Numbered from the stretch's first letter, positions 53,037 through 63,861 are shown. The stretch is 64,000 nucleotides of DNA from Promethearchaeota archaeon (GCA_030599585.1 JAUVNS010000010.1:128001-192000), one strand, 5' to 3'. Numbers and translations are program-made. The notes: generated by a model from the letters alone, not told the origin.

Positions 53037-53134
53037 AGAATACTTTTAGAACTTCAATTCTCCTTCTTTCTTTTTTTTATATTGCGGTGAAATAATGTTT
53101 AAAGGGCTTCTTATATTTTTCAAAATAAGCTACA

Positions 53135-53749
53135 ATGGAAAAACTAAAGACAAATATTCTTAAAATATTAAATTTTATACCACGACCATATTACGGGTTG
53201 TTATCAGCATTAGCGGGTATTGGTGGAGATATTATGGCTATCTCACTCTTTCCTGGTTTTGATTTGAACTACATGATAAGCGATTTAGGAACGGGTCCTG
53301 GTGCAATATTCTTCAATATCGGGACGTTTTTATCTGGTGTTTTTGCATTATTGACATATTTACACATAGTAGAAATTCTTGAGAACGAAAATATCAATCG
53401 TCCAAAAGTGCTCAAAATAGGAAAAGTGTTTGCGATTAATTCGTGCGTGTTTTTTGCTTTGATTGGTGTTATTCCTTCGGTTAGAAGTAATATAATACTT
53501 TTTGCTGTTCACGGAGCAATTGCGTTAATTAGTTTAATAAGTGGTATTATTTATTTAAGCTGTTTTAGCTATCTTTTCTTTAAAAGTGAAGAATTTTCAG
53601 GGCTTGTGGGGTATTTACCATTAATCGCAGTAATTTGTATAGCCCCTTTTTTGTTCTCATGGCACCCAGTAACAGAATGGATTATGACGGTTGGCATTAC
53701 ATTTTGGGTTGTTGCAATTTCAATTTACATGCTTCATCATAAAATATAG
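53135..53749 (+). CDS. DUF998/Frag1-like membrane protein
   Basis: ISDLG motif, FFN.G, H..A, about 5-6 TM helices. Confidence 0.7.
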   Translation: MEKLKTNILKILNFIPRPYYGLLSALAGIGGDIMAISLFPGFDLNYMISDLGTGPGAIFFNIGTFLSGVFALLTYLHIVEILENENINRPKVLKIGKVFAINSCVFFALIGVIPSVRSNIILFAVHGAIALISLISGIIYLSCFSYLFFKSEEFSGLVGYLPLIAVICIAPFLFSWHPVTEWIMTVGITFWVVAISIYMLHHKI

Positions 53750-53826
53750 TTCTTTTTCTCAAGGCAACTTTTTCTCGTTTTACTTTTTAAAATAGTATTA
53801 AAACGATATTTAATAAGTTTAAGATA

Positions 53827-54768
53827 ATGTCCGATTTAATTGGATACATTTTAACACTTGACGCTTTATTCACGTGGGGCATGGCCTCATTAGTTTACAA
53901 ATTCAGTTTGAGAAAAATTGAATCAAAACCAGGAGTTCTTTTTAGGTTAATATTTGTATCGTGCTCAACTTTTATTTTTGCCCTTATCTTCGGTACTTTC
54001 TCGTTCCTTCCCTTATTGAGTTCGCAAAATTTAGTAAGCTATATATTTGCATGTGTAATTTCAGGGTTATCTGTCACAATAGGAGATTTGCTTTATTTCG
54101 CTTCTTTAAAAAAAATTGACGCCTCTCGAGCTTTTCCGCTAACGCAGTTAAGTTTAATCTTTGTCTATCCTTTTGCGTTTATAATTTTTGGTGAAGAATT
54201 GAAACTTTCTATATTACTTGGCGGTGCACTGATCATTTTGAGTGCTTTTGTTTTAAGCACTAAAGATAAAGATAAAAAAAAGATTAATGAAAATGGTTCA
54301 GAAAAGAAAAGCCAATCTTCAGAGAAAATGATTATTGGGGTTCTATTAGCCATTGGTTCCGCAATCCTCTGGGGTCTTTCTATAGTTGCATTTAATCAAG
54401 CAAGAATTATTTCCAACGATGTGTTCGTTACAAATTTTATCAGGATATTTTTTGGTGCGATATTTTTTATCGTACTTGGTATTTTTCAGAAAGATTATTA
54501 TGCGGGTTTTTATAAGAAAAACCGTAAGGTTATAAAATATTTCATTTATATTGGAATAGCAGGTTCTCTTTCTTTAGGATTAGCAGATACCCTTTTTTAT
54601 AAAGCAGTAGAAATAAATGGGCTAATTCTGACGTCAACATTTACAGCTAATACGCCAATGGTACAACAAGTTCTATCTATCTTGATTTTAAAGGAGAAAT
54701 TTCGCAAACGATTTATTTTTGCAGTTGGATTAATCATCGTAGGCAATTACATTATATTATTCTTATAA
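53827..54768 (+). CDS. DMT/EamA family transporter
   Basis: Two 5-TM repeats; IFGEEL and ILKEKF ends. Confidence 0.9.
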   Translation: MSDLIGYILTLDALFTWGMASLVYKFSLRKIESKPGVLFRLIFVSCSTFIFALIFGTFSFLPLLSSQNLVSYIFACVISGLSVTIGDLLYFASLKKIDASRAFPLTQLSLIFVYPFAFIIFGEELKLSILLGGALIILSAFVLSTKDKDKKKINENGSEKKSQSSEKMIIGVLLAIGSAILWGLSIVAFNQARIISNDVFVTNFIRIFFGAIFFIVLGIFQKDYYAGFYKKNRKVIKYFIYIGIAGSLSLGLADTLFYKAVEINGLILTSTFTANTPMVQQVLSILILKEKFRKRFIFAVGLIIVGNYIILFL

Positions 54769-55014
54769 CGCATTATTCTCTCCTTTACAATAATAATATA
54801 CTTAACGAAATGACTAAATCAATAAATAAAAAAATCACGCTTTAATGGGCTATAAGTGGGAACAATTTTCCACTTTCAAAAATTAAGTAAATTAATTAAT
54901 TTACATACATTTCTACAAAAATATTTCAGTAATTACAGAATTAGTAAGGACTCGAAAAATTAAAATGCTAATTAACATTACCTTGAAACAATCAGATTCA
55001 AAACTTGTTTTACT

Positions 55015-55548
55015 ATGAGAAATATCAAAATAGCCTTAAGAATTAAGCCTCAGCTAATTACTTTTGGTATAATAACTGTAATTTACGCCATATTATCTTT
55101 TTTTAGTCCATTTGATGCATTTACGACGCTAATCATTTTTGTATTAATAGCTTTAATGAGTTATTCGTTAGCTAATATAATTTTTAGTCTCGCACCGGGA
55201 TTTATGAGTGCTTCAGAAAGGATCATGAATATCTTGCATTCAACTGTTATCTTTTTACTTACATCAATATCATTAATACTTTCCATGGAAAAATCCATGT
55301 TTAGCATAGAAGTAGTTATGAGCTTCTTAATAATAAGTTTTTTCGTAATTGGGGGGGTGTATATTGTGTTTGGATTAATAAACACAGGATTCCCTAAACG
55401 GTTTCGCCTTGTTAATTTTTTTCTCGGCTTTATTACCATAATATTATCACTAATTGCTCTCATATTCCCTCTTTTAGGATACTTATTACTAACTATAGTC
55501 ATGACTTCTCTTACGGTTATTAAGAAGGCTTTCGAAGTAGATTCTTAG
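55015..55548 (+). CDS. Membrane protein (HdeD/DUF308-like)
   Basis: About 6 TM helices; overlaps the next gene by 1 nt. Confidence 0.6.
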   Translation: MRNIKIALRIKPQLITFGIITVIYAILSFFSPFDAFTTLIIFVLIALMSYSLANIIFSLAPGFMSASERIMNILHSTVIFLLTSISLILSMEKSMFSIEVVMSFLIISFFVIGGVYIVFGLINTGFPKRFRLVNFFLGFITIILSLIALIFPLLGYLLLTIVMTSLTVIKKAFEVDS

Positions 55549-56273
55549 TGCGAAAGAAAAATATTACAACAAAAGTTATAAGTATACTTACTCATATATT
55601 TCATAAATATCAAAGTGATTCTATTATGGATTATCATTCTTTTATGAACAAACGGAAGTTATTAGTTAACAATATTGTTGGCGGGGCTATAATTAGTGTG
55701 ATTTTCGCACAATTAATGTTTTTTAGATTAATTGCTATTTTATCAATAGTGGTTTATCCTATGTCAATAGCATTACCTTATGGGATTTACAGAGTCTACA
55801 AAACGATTACTGATCACGAAGTAGCTCTTCGAGCAAAGATCATAAGAGTAGCCTTTCAAATAGCATATATCATTTTTTCAATGCTCTTCTTAAACATGAT
55901 TTTTTCATATCCTCATATAACTTTGAGTTATATTATTTATTTTTTAGCTATACCAACTTTACTTATAGGACTGGCTGGATTTTTAAAAGGGTCGATGATC
56001 GGAGTATATTCTCCATCCCTCCGATTCTTAAATACGATGGTTGGCTTGTTTACAATTTTCTATACTTTTATTGCGATTGTGTTTGCCGATTTCAATTTTA
56101 TACTCCATTTTATCGTTTTGCTAGGAGCATTGAGTGTTAATGGTATTCTAAGAGCGGCTCTGTATCTAAGTGAATATGGGTTATCGCTAAACGAGTTGAA
56201 AAGTTTTAAAATTGTTTTCTACATAATGGATACTAATCTGACTATAAGGAACATAGAAGAAAGCCAATTTTAA
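55548..56273 (+). CDS. Membrane protein (HdeD/DUF308-like), probable paralog of upstream gene
   Basis: About 6 TM helices; G..YSPSLRFLN..VG resembles upstream GFPKRFRLVN..LG. Confidence 0.6.
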   Translation: MRKKNITTKVISILTHIFHKYQSDSIMDYHSFMNKRKLLVNNIVGGAIISVIFAQLMFFRLIAILSIVVYPMSIALPYGIYRVYKTITDHEVALRAKIIRVAFQIAYIIFSMLFLNMIFSYPHITLSYIIYFLAIPTLLIGLAGFLKGSMIGVYSPSLRFLNTMVGLFTIFYTFIAIVFADFNFILHFIVLLGALSVNGILRAALYLSEYGLSLNELKSFKIVFYIMDTNLTIRNIEESQF

Positions 56274-56401
56274 TTTTTTTACTTCTTTTTATTACTTTTA
56301 ATGAAATAAATTAGCAAAATAAAACATTATAACTTAAAGTTTCATTAATAATAATTATAAAAATCATTATAACTCTATATATCAATTCTGTTGATTAAAT
56401 A

Positions 56402-57514
56402 ATGACTGAATTACACTTTAATAAAGAAAAAGGTTCTCAAATAAAACTATTCACCCCCGGACCAATTAATATTCCTGAAAGGATATTAAAAGAAATGGCA
56501 AAACCAAACGATACCCATAGGTCAAAACCATACACAGAGATGCATCAACTTGTAGAAGAAGGACTAAAGAAAATTATGTATACTTCTAACACTTGCTTAA
56601 TTTCTACATCGAGTGCTACAGGATTAATGGAAGCTTGTGTAAGAAATTTAGTCAAAAGCGACGAAAAGGCTCTATTTCTTTCAATTGGCGCGTTTGGAGA
56701 TCGCTGGTATAAAATAGGTGTTGCAAATGGGAAAACTTCCGTAAAGGAAGGCGTCGAATGGGGAAAAGCAATAACTCCAGAAGTTGCCCAAGAGGTTCTA
56801 AGCAAAGATAAATATGCAGTAGTTTTTATTCAATCTAATGAGACATCCACAGGAGTTTATAATCCAATCGATGAAGTTATTCCCATCATTAAAGATTCTG
56901 GGGCTCTTGTATGCGTTGATGCGACTTCCTCCTTGGCAGGTATTAAAATAGAGGTTGAAAAATTAGGAATAGATGTTTGCTTAGCTTCGGTTCAAAAAGC
57001 TTTCACAATTCCACCCGGATTAGCAGTGTGTTCCATATCTCAAGCAGCTATTGAAAAGTTTCCACAAGTTAAGAATAGAGGATTTTACTTTGATTTCAAT
57101 GATCTACTAAAACGAGCTGAGAAGCATCAAACACCATCTACACCTCCTATCCCACAAATTAGGGCTTTAGCTGCTCAAATTGATCATATCTTGAATCAAG
57201 AAGGCTTAGAAAATAGATTTGAAAGACATGCAAGACTTGGTAAAAGAACTAGGGAATGGGCAAAGGATACTCATTTTGAAATGTTTCCAGAAAAAGGATA
57301 CGAATCAAATACCGTCTCTACTATGAAAAATTCTTTAAATATCGATATTGCAAAGATGGTTTCAACGCTTTTAGAAAACGGGTATAGAATAGTAAACGGG
57401 TATGGTGACTTGAAAAACAAGACATTCCGTATTGGCCATATGGGTGAAGTTACTATAAAAGATCTTGATGAGATGTTAAACGTTCTATCAGATATCGTAT
57501 CTGATTTAAAATAA
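56402..57514 (+). CDS. Class V PLP aminotransferase (serine-pyruvate/phosphoserine aminotransferase type)
   Basis: LFTPGP, HRS, NETSTGV, VDATSS, SVQKAF.IPPGL, TPSTP, FRIGHMG; upstream of serA. Confidence 0.9.
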   Translation: MTELHFNKEKGSQIKLFTPGPINIPERILKEMAKPNDTHRSKPYTEMHQLVEEGLKKIMYTSNTCLISTSSATGLMEACVRNLVKSDEKALFLSIGAFGDRWYKIGVANGKTSVKEGVEWGKAITPEVAQEVLSKDKYAVVFIQSNETSTGVYNPIDEVIPIIKDSGALVCVDATSSLAGIKIEVEKLGIDVCLASVQKAFTIPPGLAVCSISQAAIEKFPQVKNRGFYFDFNDLLKRAEKHQTPSTPPIPQIRALAAQIDHILNQEGLENRFERHARLGKRTREWAKDTHFEMFPEKGYESNTVSTMKNSLNIDIAKMVSTLLENGYRIVNGYGDLKNKTFRIGHMGEVTIKDLDEMLNVLSDIVSDLK

Positions 57515-57528
57515 ATCTACTTACAGTT

Positions 57529-57559
57529 AGAAAAGAAGTTAGTCTTTTCTTTTTTTTTT
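57529..57559 (+). terminator. Hairpin + U-tract after the aminotransferase gene
   Basis: AGAAAAGA-agttag-TCTTTTCT 8-bp stem followed by T9. Confidence 0.5.
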
Positions 57560-57664
57560 ATTATTACTAGGTAACAATTGTAAAAATTATTTACTAGGAC
57601 CACCAAAAATTCTTTTATATATTAGTTGATTAGACATATTATTCTATAATTAAAATCACAAGAA

Positions 57665-58606
57665 GTGAATTGTTTGAAAATTTTGATTAGTGACAAACTT
57701 CAAGAGGAAGGAGTGAAAATCTTTCAAGATTATGGGTTTGAGGTCGTTACGAATTTCGAGATAACCAACGACCAGCTAAAGAAAGAGATTGGTAACTACG
57801 ATGGAATAGTAGTTCGTTCCCGAACCAAATTGACTGCAGATGTTTTGGAAAACGCAAAAAATCTTAAAGCCATTGGTAGAGCTGGAGTAGGGTTAGACAA
57901 TATAGATAGAAAGAAAGCCGCAGAATTAAACATAGAAGTCTTAAACACACCGGATGCGCCTTCTGTTTCTGTCGCAGAGTTAGCGTTAGGTCTAATGTTC
58001 ACTTTAGCTCGACACATCTCAAATGCTGATCGAACCATGCATCTTGAAGAGTGGAATAAAAAACAATACTTAGGGTATACATTAAAAGGGAAGAGACTTG
58101 GGCTGATCGGATTTGGAAACATAGCGAAGGAATTAGCCAAGAGGGCGGTAGCCCTAGGCATGGAAGTGGGTGTATTTTCAAGATTTAGTAAAGGCCCAGC
58201 GGCTGTAGAAGAAGCTAAAAACATCGGATGTAAAATTTATACTTCCATTGAGGAATTACTGCAAGACGCTCGAGTAATTTCATTACATTTACCTGCAACA
58301 CCCCAAACAGAAAATATTATTAATGAGAATAATATTAAATTAATGAAAAAAGAAGCTATTCTAATTAATACTGCCAGAGGAAAACTCGTTGACGAAAAAG
58401 CTCTAATAAAAGCGTTAGAAAATAAAGACATAGCTGGTGCAGCCTTAGATGTTTATAGAGAAGAACCACTGAAAGATAAGGAATTATGTCAGTGTAAAGG
58501 AAATTTAATTCTTACGCCCCATATTGGAGCCCAAACTAAAGAAACTCAGGTAGATGCCGCCACCAAAATTGCTGAAAAAATGTCGAGCTTCTTAAAAAGT
58601 CTCTAG
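57665..58606 (+). CDS. serA: D-3-phosphoglycerate dehydrogenase (short type)
   Basis: VVRSRTK, GRAGVGLDNID, GLIGFGNI, INTARG, LDVY.EEP, TPHIGAQT. Confidence 0.88.
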   Translation: MNCLKILISDKLQEEGVKIFQDYGFEVVTNFEITNDQLKKEIGNYDGIVVRSRTKLTADVLENAKNLKAIGRAGVGLDNIDRKKAAELNIEVLNTPDAPSVSVAELALGLMFTLARHISNADRTMHLEEWNKKQYLGYTLKGKRLGLIGFGNIAKELAKRAVALGMEVGVFSRFSKGPAAVEEAKNIGCKIYTSIEELLQDARVISLHLPATPQTENIINENNIKLMKKEAILINTARGKLVDEKALIKALENKDIAGAALDVYREEPLKDKELCQCKGNLILTPHIGAQTKETQVDAATKIAEKMSSFLKSL

Positions 58607-58608
58607 AG

Positions 58609-60642
58609 TTAAATTTTGGTAATCTTGACGATAGTGGAGAAGTACGCTCCCGAACGTCTTGATTCCTCTGAAGTCTCAGGGGTGAAAATATTAACGTTCT
58701 TGTAATCTGAGTCAGTGAAAGGAAGTCCAGAATAAATCAAGGCTGTCCCGGGTTTTAAATCAGAATTCTCCTCCAAAATGTATTTCGCTTCACCAAATTT
58801 GTTAGAAACTAGCACCTTTTCGTGTGGTTTTAGCCCGATTGATTCAATATCATAGGGATTTAAAAAGATTTTACCGAAAACACTCTCGAATTCTCCATGT
58901 ATTTCGCCCATTTGAGAGTGTATGAAATATTTATGTGATTGTGAAAGCAAATAGAATTCATCATCCTTTCTCTTAAGAACTAAATCTAAATTTTGGTCAA
59001 AAATTTCGATATCGGTTTGATGAATTTGAATTTTACCATTTGAAGTTGGAAATATTAAGTCATTGTAAGGAACATAATTGATATCAAAAGGTATGTAATA
59101 TCCTTTAGTTCTGAGAGGTTCCTGAATGGATTTAGGCAATAATTCACAACAATTTTTAAAAATGTCTTTTTGAGTTTCTTGAAAAATAGAATCGTCTTGC
59201 CATCCTATTTTTTCTGCTAAGCGTTGAAAAAACTCATAATTGGAACTGCATTCCGGATATGGGCAAGGGCCTCCTTGATTTATGGATATGCCAGGGACAA
59301 AATATGGTGTCATTAAATCATCGGTTTCAAGATCGAATTTTACAGGTATGACAATATCTGCAAATTTAGTTGTCTCGTTCAAAAACATATCTAACACAAC
59401 GGTATACAAATCTTCTCTCAGTAAAGATTTTTCAAGAATATTTTGATTTGGGAGAGAACTCATGGGATTAACATTATATACAAATAACATTTTATATTTG
59501 TTGGAACTTAAAGAAGACCCAAGATTAATAAGGGGAATCCTCTTATTTTGTGAAGTGCTATCTGACATGGTTAAATAATCGATAAGGGGTCTCTTAAAAT
59601 CTTGGTTAAAGCCACTTTGAGAAAAAAGGAATCCAGCTCCTTGATGTCCAAAATTTCCAAGGAATATTTGAATTAAAGCGATGGAATTTAGATTTCTTCC
59701 CCCATAAAAATATTTTTGGGGCCCAAATCCTACGATGAAAAGAGTTCTTTGTTTGTTATCTATAAGGAGATTTATAAATTCGGTCAAGTTTTTACGAATA
59801 AGACCAGTTTGATGGAAAATTTTATCTTCATCGATTTTTTTAACTTCGTCGACTAGATTGGTGTAATTATCGACATACTGGCTTATAAATTGTTCATCAT
59901 TTGCTCCTAAAGATACTATCTTATTTAAAACATATTTTGCAATCAGAAAATCAGTACCAGGGTATGGTTGTAGAAACATATCAGCGCTTTCTGCTAATTT
60001 AGTTCTTACTGGATTCACTACGATTAGTTTTGAACCATTCTTAATTGCTTTTTTAACTAGGAAGTGGGCGTGATTATTTCGATCCGCTAGATTACTCCCC
60101 CATACTACAATTAAACGATTATTGGGGTTAGCTATTTGAAATGGATTTGTGGTAGAATAGTTCCCGAACATTCTTCCTAGCGCGAAACATCCTGCTTCAT
60201 TACAGGTACCTTCACTTGTTATGGTTGCTCCAAGTTTAAGAAAAAATCGAAATGGAGAATACATAGAAATCAAACCAGTATTTCCAGCATAGTAAGCTAC
60301 CACAATAGAAGAAGATTTATATTTTTCCTTAACGGTGGTAAGCTGAGTAGAGATAAGATTTAACGCTTCTTCAATACTGACAGATGTAAAGGAATTTGAA
60401 CCTTTAGAGCCTGACCGTATCAATGCTGTTTTTATTCGCTCAGGATGATAAAGCAGTTTTTCTCTGTTATTTAACTTCGGACAGAAAAAACCGTTAGTAA
60501 AAGGATGCTCCTTTAAAGGTTTAGCGGCTAAAAGTTTCTTCTCGGGAGCTTGATCGTTCCACTCTCCTATAAATACACATGACCCATAACAATCTTTGGA
60601 GCAAGTTCCATACCTTTTTTTTGTTTCAAAATTATTACTCAA
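58609..60642 (-). CDS. Molybdopterin/tungstopterin oxidoreductase catalytic subunit (DMSO reductase family)
   Basis: N-term CSKDCYGSC...CPK Fe-S motif, VWGSN, DMFLNET..FADIVIP, C-term molybdopterin-binding domain. Confidence 0.88.
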   Translation of the reverse strand: MSNNFETKKRYGTCSKDCYGSCVFIGEWNDQAPEKKLLAAKPLKEHPFTNGFFCPKLNNREKLLYHPERIKTALIRSGSKGSNSFTSVSIEEALNLISTQLTTVKEKYKSSSIVVAYYAGNTGLISMYSPFRFFLKLGATITSEGTCNEAGCFALGRMFGNYSTTNPFQIANPNNRLIVVWGSNLADRNNHAHFLVKKAIKNGSKLIVVNPVRTKLAESADMFLQPYPGTDFLIAKYVLNKIVSLGANDEQFISQYVDNYTNLVDEVKKIDEDKIFHQTGLIRKNLTEFINLLIDNKQRTLFIVGFGPQKYFYGGRNLNSIALIQIFLGNFGHQGAGFLFSQSGFNQDFKRPLIDYLTMSDSTSQNKRIPLINLGSSLSSNKYKMLFVYNVNPMSSLPNQNILEKSLLREDLYTVVLDMFLNETTKFADIVIPVKFDLETDDLMTPYFVPGISINQGGPCPYPECSSNYEFFQRLAEKIGWQDDSIFQETQKDIFKNCCELLPKSIQEPLRTKGYYIPFDINYVPYNDLIFPTSNGKIQIHQTDIEIFDQNLDLVLKRKDDEFYLLSQSHKYFIHSQMGEIHGEFESVFGKIFLNPYDIESIGLKPHEKVLVSNKFGEAKYILEENSDLKPGTALIYSGLPFTDSDYKNVNIFTPETSEESRRSGAYFSTIVKITKI

Positions 60643-60673
60643 ACTTTTAAGCGCCTGACTTATAGATTTTTGG

Positions 60674-61876
60674 TCACTCTTCTCGTAAATCGTGTAGCAC
60701 TAAACCAGATAAAAGCTTAGGATCAAACCAGGTTGATTTTGGAGGCATCACCCTTCCAGAATCAGCAATTGACTCCAAATCCTTTATATTAACAGGATAA
60801 AGATTGAAAAATACATCGTTACCTTTTTCAGTTGTATACTCTTCCATGGTATTTGGATCTTGTAATCCCCCAACAAAGAAGATGTTATCATCAGCACGAA
60901 TGTTGATAATCCTTAATATTGGGCCCAAAACTTTATCTTGAAGAATAGCTACATCCAAGCTGTCCCGTTTTGAGTCAAAAGTTTTCTCTTTAGTTTCTAA
61001 CTTATACCATTTTCCTTTTATGCAGAGTGCAGTTTGATTTTTTCTATTTGGATTAAAAGCTGTTTTAACCTTTTTAATGTAATAAATATCCTCCAACCTT
61101 CTTAAAAACTCTTCCTTACCATCTTTTAATCTTTTAATAACCCGGTTATAAGGAAGAATTCGAATCTGGTCGTCTGAGGCAACATAAGATAATAAAAATT
61201 GCCAAGGAGAATTAGAGTTTTCATTTTCATTGGAGTTTTCCATTTGAATTTTACGATACTCTGCTGCACTTGCTGCTCGGTGGTGCCCATCAGCGATATA
61301 GACTTTTTTATCTTTAAAGAGAACAGATAATCTGTCAATAATATTAAGTTCTGTTTCCTGCCAAAGTATGTGGCGATAACCATATTTATTGAAGTCAAAT
61401 TTAGGTTTCTTTTGTTTAATCTGTTCGATTACATTATTAATTTCAATATCATGACGAAAAACTGACCATACGAGCCCCGCTGCTACATTAGAAGTTGTAA
61501 TATGCTTAGTTCGATCTTTTAGTGGTTTCACTCGAGTATATTCGTGTTTAACTATGTTGTTTTCTTCATAATCTTGAAGTGCAATTCCCATAATTAACCC
61601 TTCTTGACTAAAATGAGGTGATTCTTGACGGTAAACAAAAATACTTGGTTTATCTTCTCGACTAATAAGATTTGATGCTTTAAAATTTATATACGCATTT
61701 AAGGCATTATTATAGATGTCCTCTCCTTCACCATCTGGTAAGATTAGGTGAATCAACGAATTCAAGTTTTGTTTTAATTCTTTTTCTTCTACTTTTCCAA
61801 TGACATCATATGGATTTGTAGTGAAATCACTTGGATTATTAGGGCAATAAGGACGGAGAGCTGATATTCTGACCAT
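60674..61876 (-). CDS. DUF1015 family protein
   Basis: PYDVI, KHE.T, YIADGHHR, ILPYNRV, MPPKSTWFDPKL.SGL. Confidence 0.9.
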   Translation of the reverse strand: MVRISALRPYCPNNPSDFTTNPYDVIGKVEEKELKQNLNSLIHLILPDGEGEDIYNNALNAYINFKASNLISREDKPSIFVYRQESPHFSQEGLIMGIALQDYEENNIVKHEYTRVKPLKDRTKHITTSNVAAGLVWSVFRHDIEINNVIEQIKQKKPKFDFNKYGYRHILWQETELNIIDRLSVLFKDKKVYIADGHHRAASAAEYRKIQMENSNENENSNSPWQFLLSYVASDDQIRILPYNRVIKRLKDGKEEFLRRLEDIYYIKKVKTAFNPNRKNQTALCIKGKWYKLETKEKTFDSKRDSLDVAILQDKVLGPILRIINIRADDNIFFVGGLQDPNTMEEYTTEKGNDVFFNLYPVNIKDLESIADSGRVMPPKSTWFDPKLLSGLVLHDLREE

Positions 61877-62001
61877 AATTTTTAATATTTTTTTTTATTT
61901 ATATATTTATTTAATATTAACTTAAATTAGTTTCTATTACCTTAGAACTCTAAGAATTACATTACTTATGTAAAAATAGAGATAAGAAATTAGAGCCGAA
62001 A

Positions 62002-62580
62002 TTAATCTGATATTACATTGCCTTCTATCTTTAATAGGCTTCTTTTTAGATTGGTTTGCCAATCCTCATCCATTTTTCCCATAAAACCGCCAAGCTTTCC
62101 ATCGGTTTTAATCACGCGGTGACAAGGTACCACTAAGGGTAATGGATTATTCCTAAGAACACCCCCTACAGCACGATAAGCTTTTGAATTAATACTTTTT
62201 GCTAAATCTGAATAAGTAGTTATCTCACCCGGTTTTACCTTTAGAAGAGATTTTAAAATACTCTCAGAGAATGGAGTACTGAATTTTCCATCGAGATTAT
62301 ACAATATATCTATTTCTTTTAAGGCTTTGAATAAATTCGTTTTACCATCCTTTAAGTATGCGTTGATGATACTCTGCATTTCCGATAAAATGGAATATAC
62401 TTTTTCATCATTTTTATTAACCAATTTTAATTTATTATCCTTCACATGCTTTAAAATATCCGATTCCTCTTTGAAGAAATCGATCTCTCTCAGAGTTATA
62501 ATATTTTGAGTTTTCTTATGGTTGTAAAGAATAAATATAAATGGATCAATATCATCTGGTTTAAAATAATATGCGGGAAT
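62002..62580 (-). CDS. ogt: O6-methylguanine-DNA methyltransferase (start probably upstream of track GTG 62445)
   Basis: TYSDLA, AYRAVG, NPLPLVVPCHRV, LGGF. Frame open to 62592, with ATT at 62580 downstream of GAGGT. Confidence 0.88.
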   Translation of the reverse strand: MPAYYFKPDDIDPFIFILYNHKKTQNIITLREIDFFKEESDILKHVKDNKLKLVNKNDEKVYSILSEMQSIINAYLKDGKTNLFKALKEIDILYNLDGKFSTPFSESILKSLLKVKPGEITTYSDLAKSINSKAYRAVGGVLRNNPLPLVVPCHRVIKTDGKLGGFMGKMDEDWQTNLKRSLLKIEGNVISD

Positions 62581-62734
62581 ATCAACTGACCTCTAATTTT
62601 TTAAATATAACAATTTCATAGGTAGATACAATATAGCTATCATTTCGATAAGTATATAAAATGAATCTATTATCTCAATAATAACAATAATTGGTTTTAA
62701 TGGTTATAACATAAAATGTTTTGAACTAATAATC

Positions 62735-63769
62735 ATGCTACGTCAAGTATATATCTTAAAGGATGGTAATATAATTTACGAAAGAGACTTTGGAAAAGTA
62801 TTAACTTTTGAAAGATTTCAAAGTATTTATCAAGAAATACAAGGAGAACTCTCTCGTGGACTTTTAGATGATTTTGGAAGCACTCACTTTTTTAAATATA
62901 GAATTATATATACGATAGACAGCGAATTAAATTTACTCTTCATATTCATAATCGGATTCAACGACGATATAGAAACTGTTAAACGATTATTAAAAAAATT
63001 AAAAACGGAATTTTTAGTAACTTTTGGTGATATTATCGATAATTTAGACCCATCCCTCCTTGAAATCTTTGATCCTTTGATAGAATCAATTCATAAAAAA
63101 ATTAGAACTAAAATCTCGTTGGTAGGATTTTCAGGAGTCGGGAAAACAACCATTACAAGATTAATAAGCGCTGAAGAAATTCCCGAGACGCATATTCCTA
63201 CAATAACGGGAAAAGTTTCTACGATTAAAATTGGAAAATTAGTATTTCATTTATGGGATTTTGCTGGCCAAGAACAATTTAGTTATTTGTGGAGCGATTT
63301 TATCTATGGAAGCGATGCTGTTCTCTTAATTACTGATTCCACTTTAGAAAATGTAGAGAAAAGTAGATATTTTGTCGAATTAATAAAAGAACAAACTCCA
63401 AATGCACATTCTGCTGCTATTGCAAATAAACAAGATCGAGAAAATGCCTTAAGTGTTGAAAAGATTGAAGAAATTCTCGGAATAAAAGCATATTCGATGA
63501 TAGCAATTGAATCGAACAATCGAGATAAAATGATTCAAATCGTTGCAGACATCTTGGAAATGAACACTGAAGCATCAGTTCTCTTAAAACCAATATTTGA
63601 AAGAGACAAATTAATCCAATTAGCAAGGAAAAGTTTAGAAAATGGAGATATTGCTGAAAGCGTAGAATATTTTGATAAAATCGCAGATATTTGTCTGAGT
63701 TTGGGAGATGATGCTCTCTATAAAGAATTTTACGAAAAAGCTGAAAAATTTAAGCGATATCTTATTTAA
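62735..63769 (+). CDS. Longin-like domain + Arf/Rab-like small GTPase + C-terminal helical domain
   Basis: N-term MLRQVYILKDG.IIYER...LKTEF..TF; G1 GFSGVGKTT, PTITG, WDFAGQE, NKQD. Confidence 0.88.
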   Translation: MLRQVYILKDGNIIYERDFGKVLTFERFQSIYQEIQGELSRGLLDDFGSTHFFKYRIIYTIDSELNLLFIFIIGFNDDIETVKRLLKKLKTEFLVTFGDIIDNLDPSLLEIFDPLIESIHKKIRTKISLVGFSGVGKTTITRLISAEEIPETHIPTITGKVSTIKIGKLVFHLWDFAGQEQFSYLWSDFIYGSDAVLLITDSTLENVEKSRYFVELIKEQTPNAHSAAIANKQDRENALSVEKIEEILGIKAYSMIAIESNNRDKMIQIVADILEMNTEASVLLKPIFERDKLIQLARKSLENGDIAESVEYFDKIADICLSLGDDALYKEFYEKAEKFKRYLI

Positions 63770-63861
63770 AATCTAATCTATAGTTATTGTACTGTTACAA
63801 CAAATCTCTTCTTAAAAAGTAGAATCTATTTTTCAAAAATAAAAAAATATTTAAATAAAAA

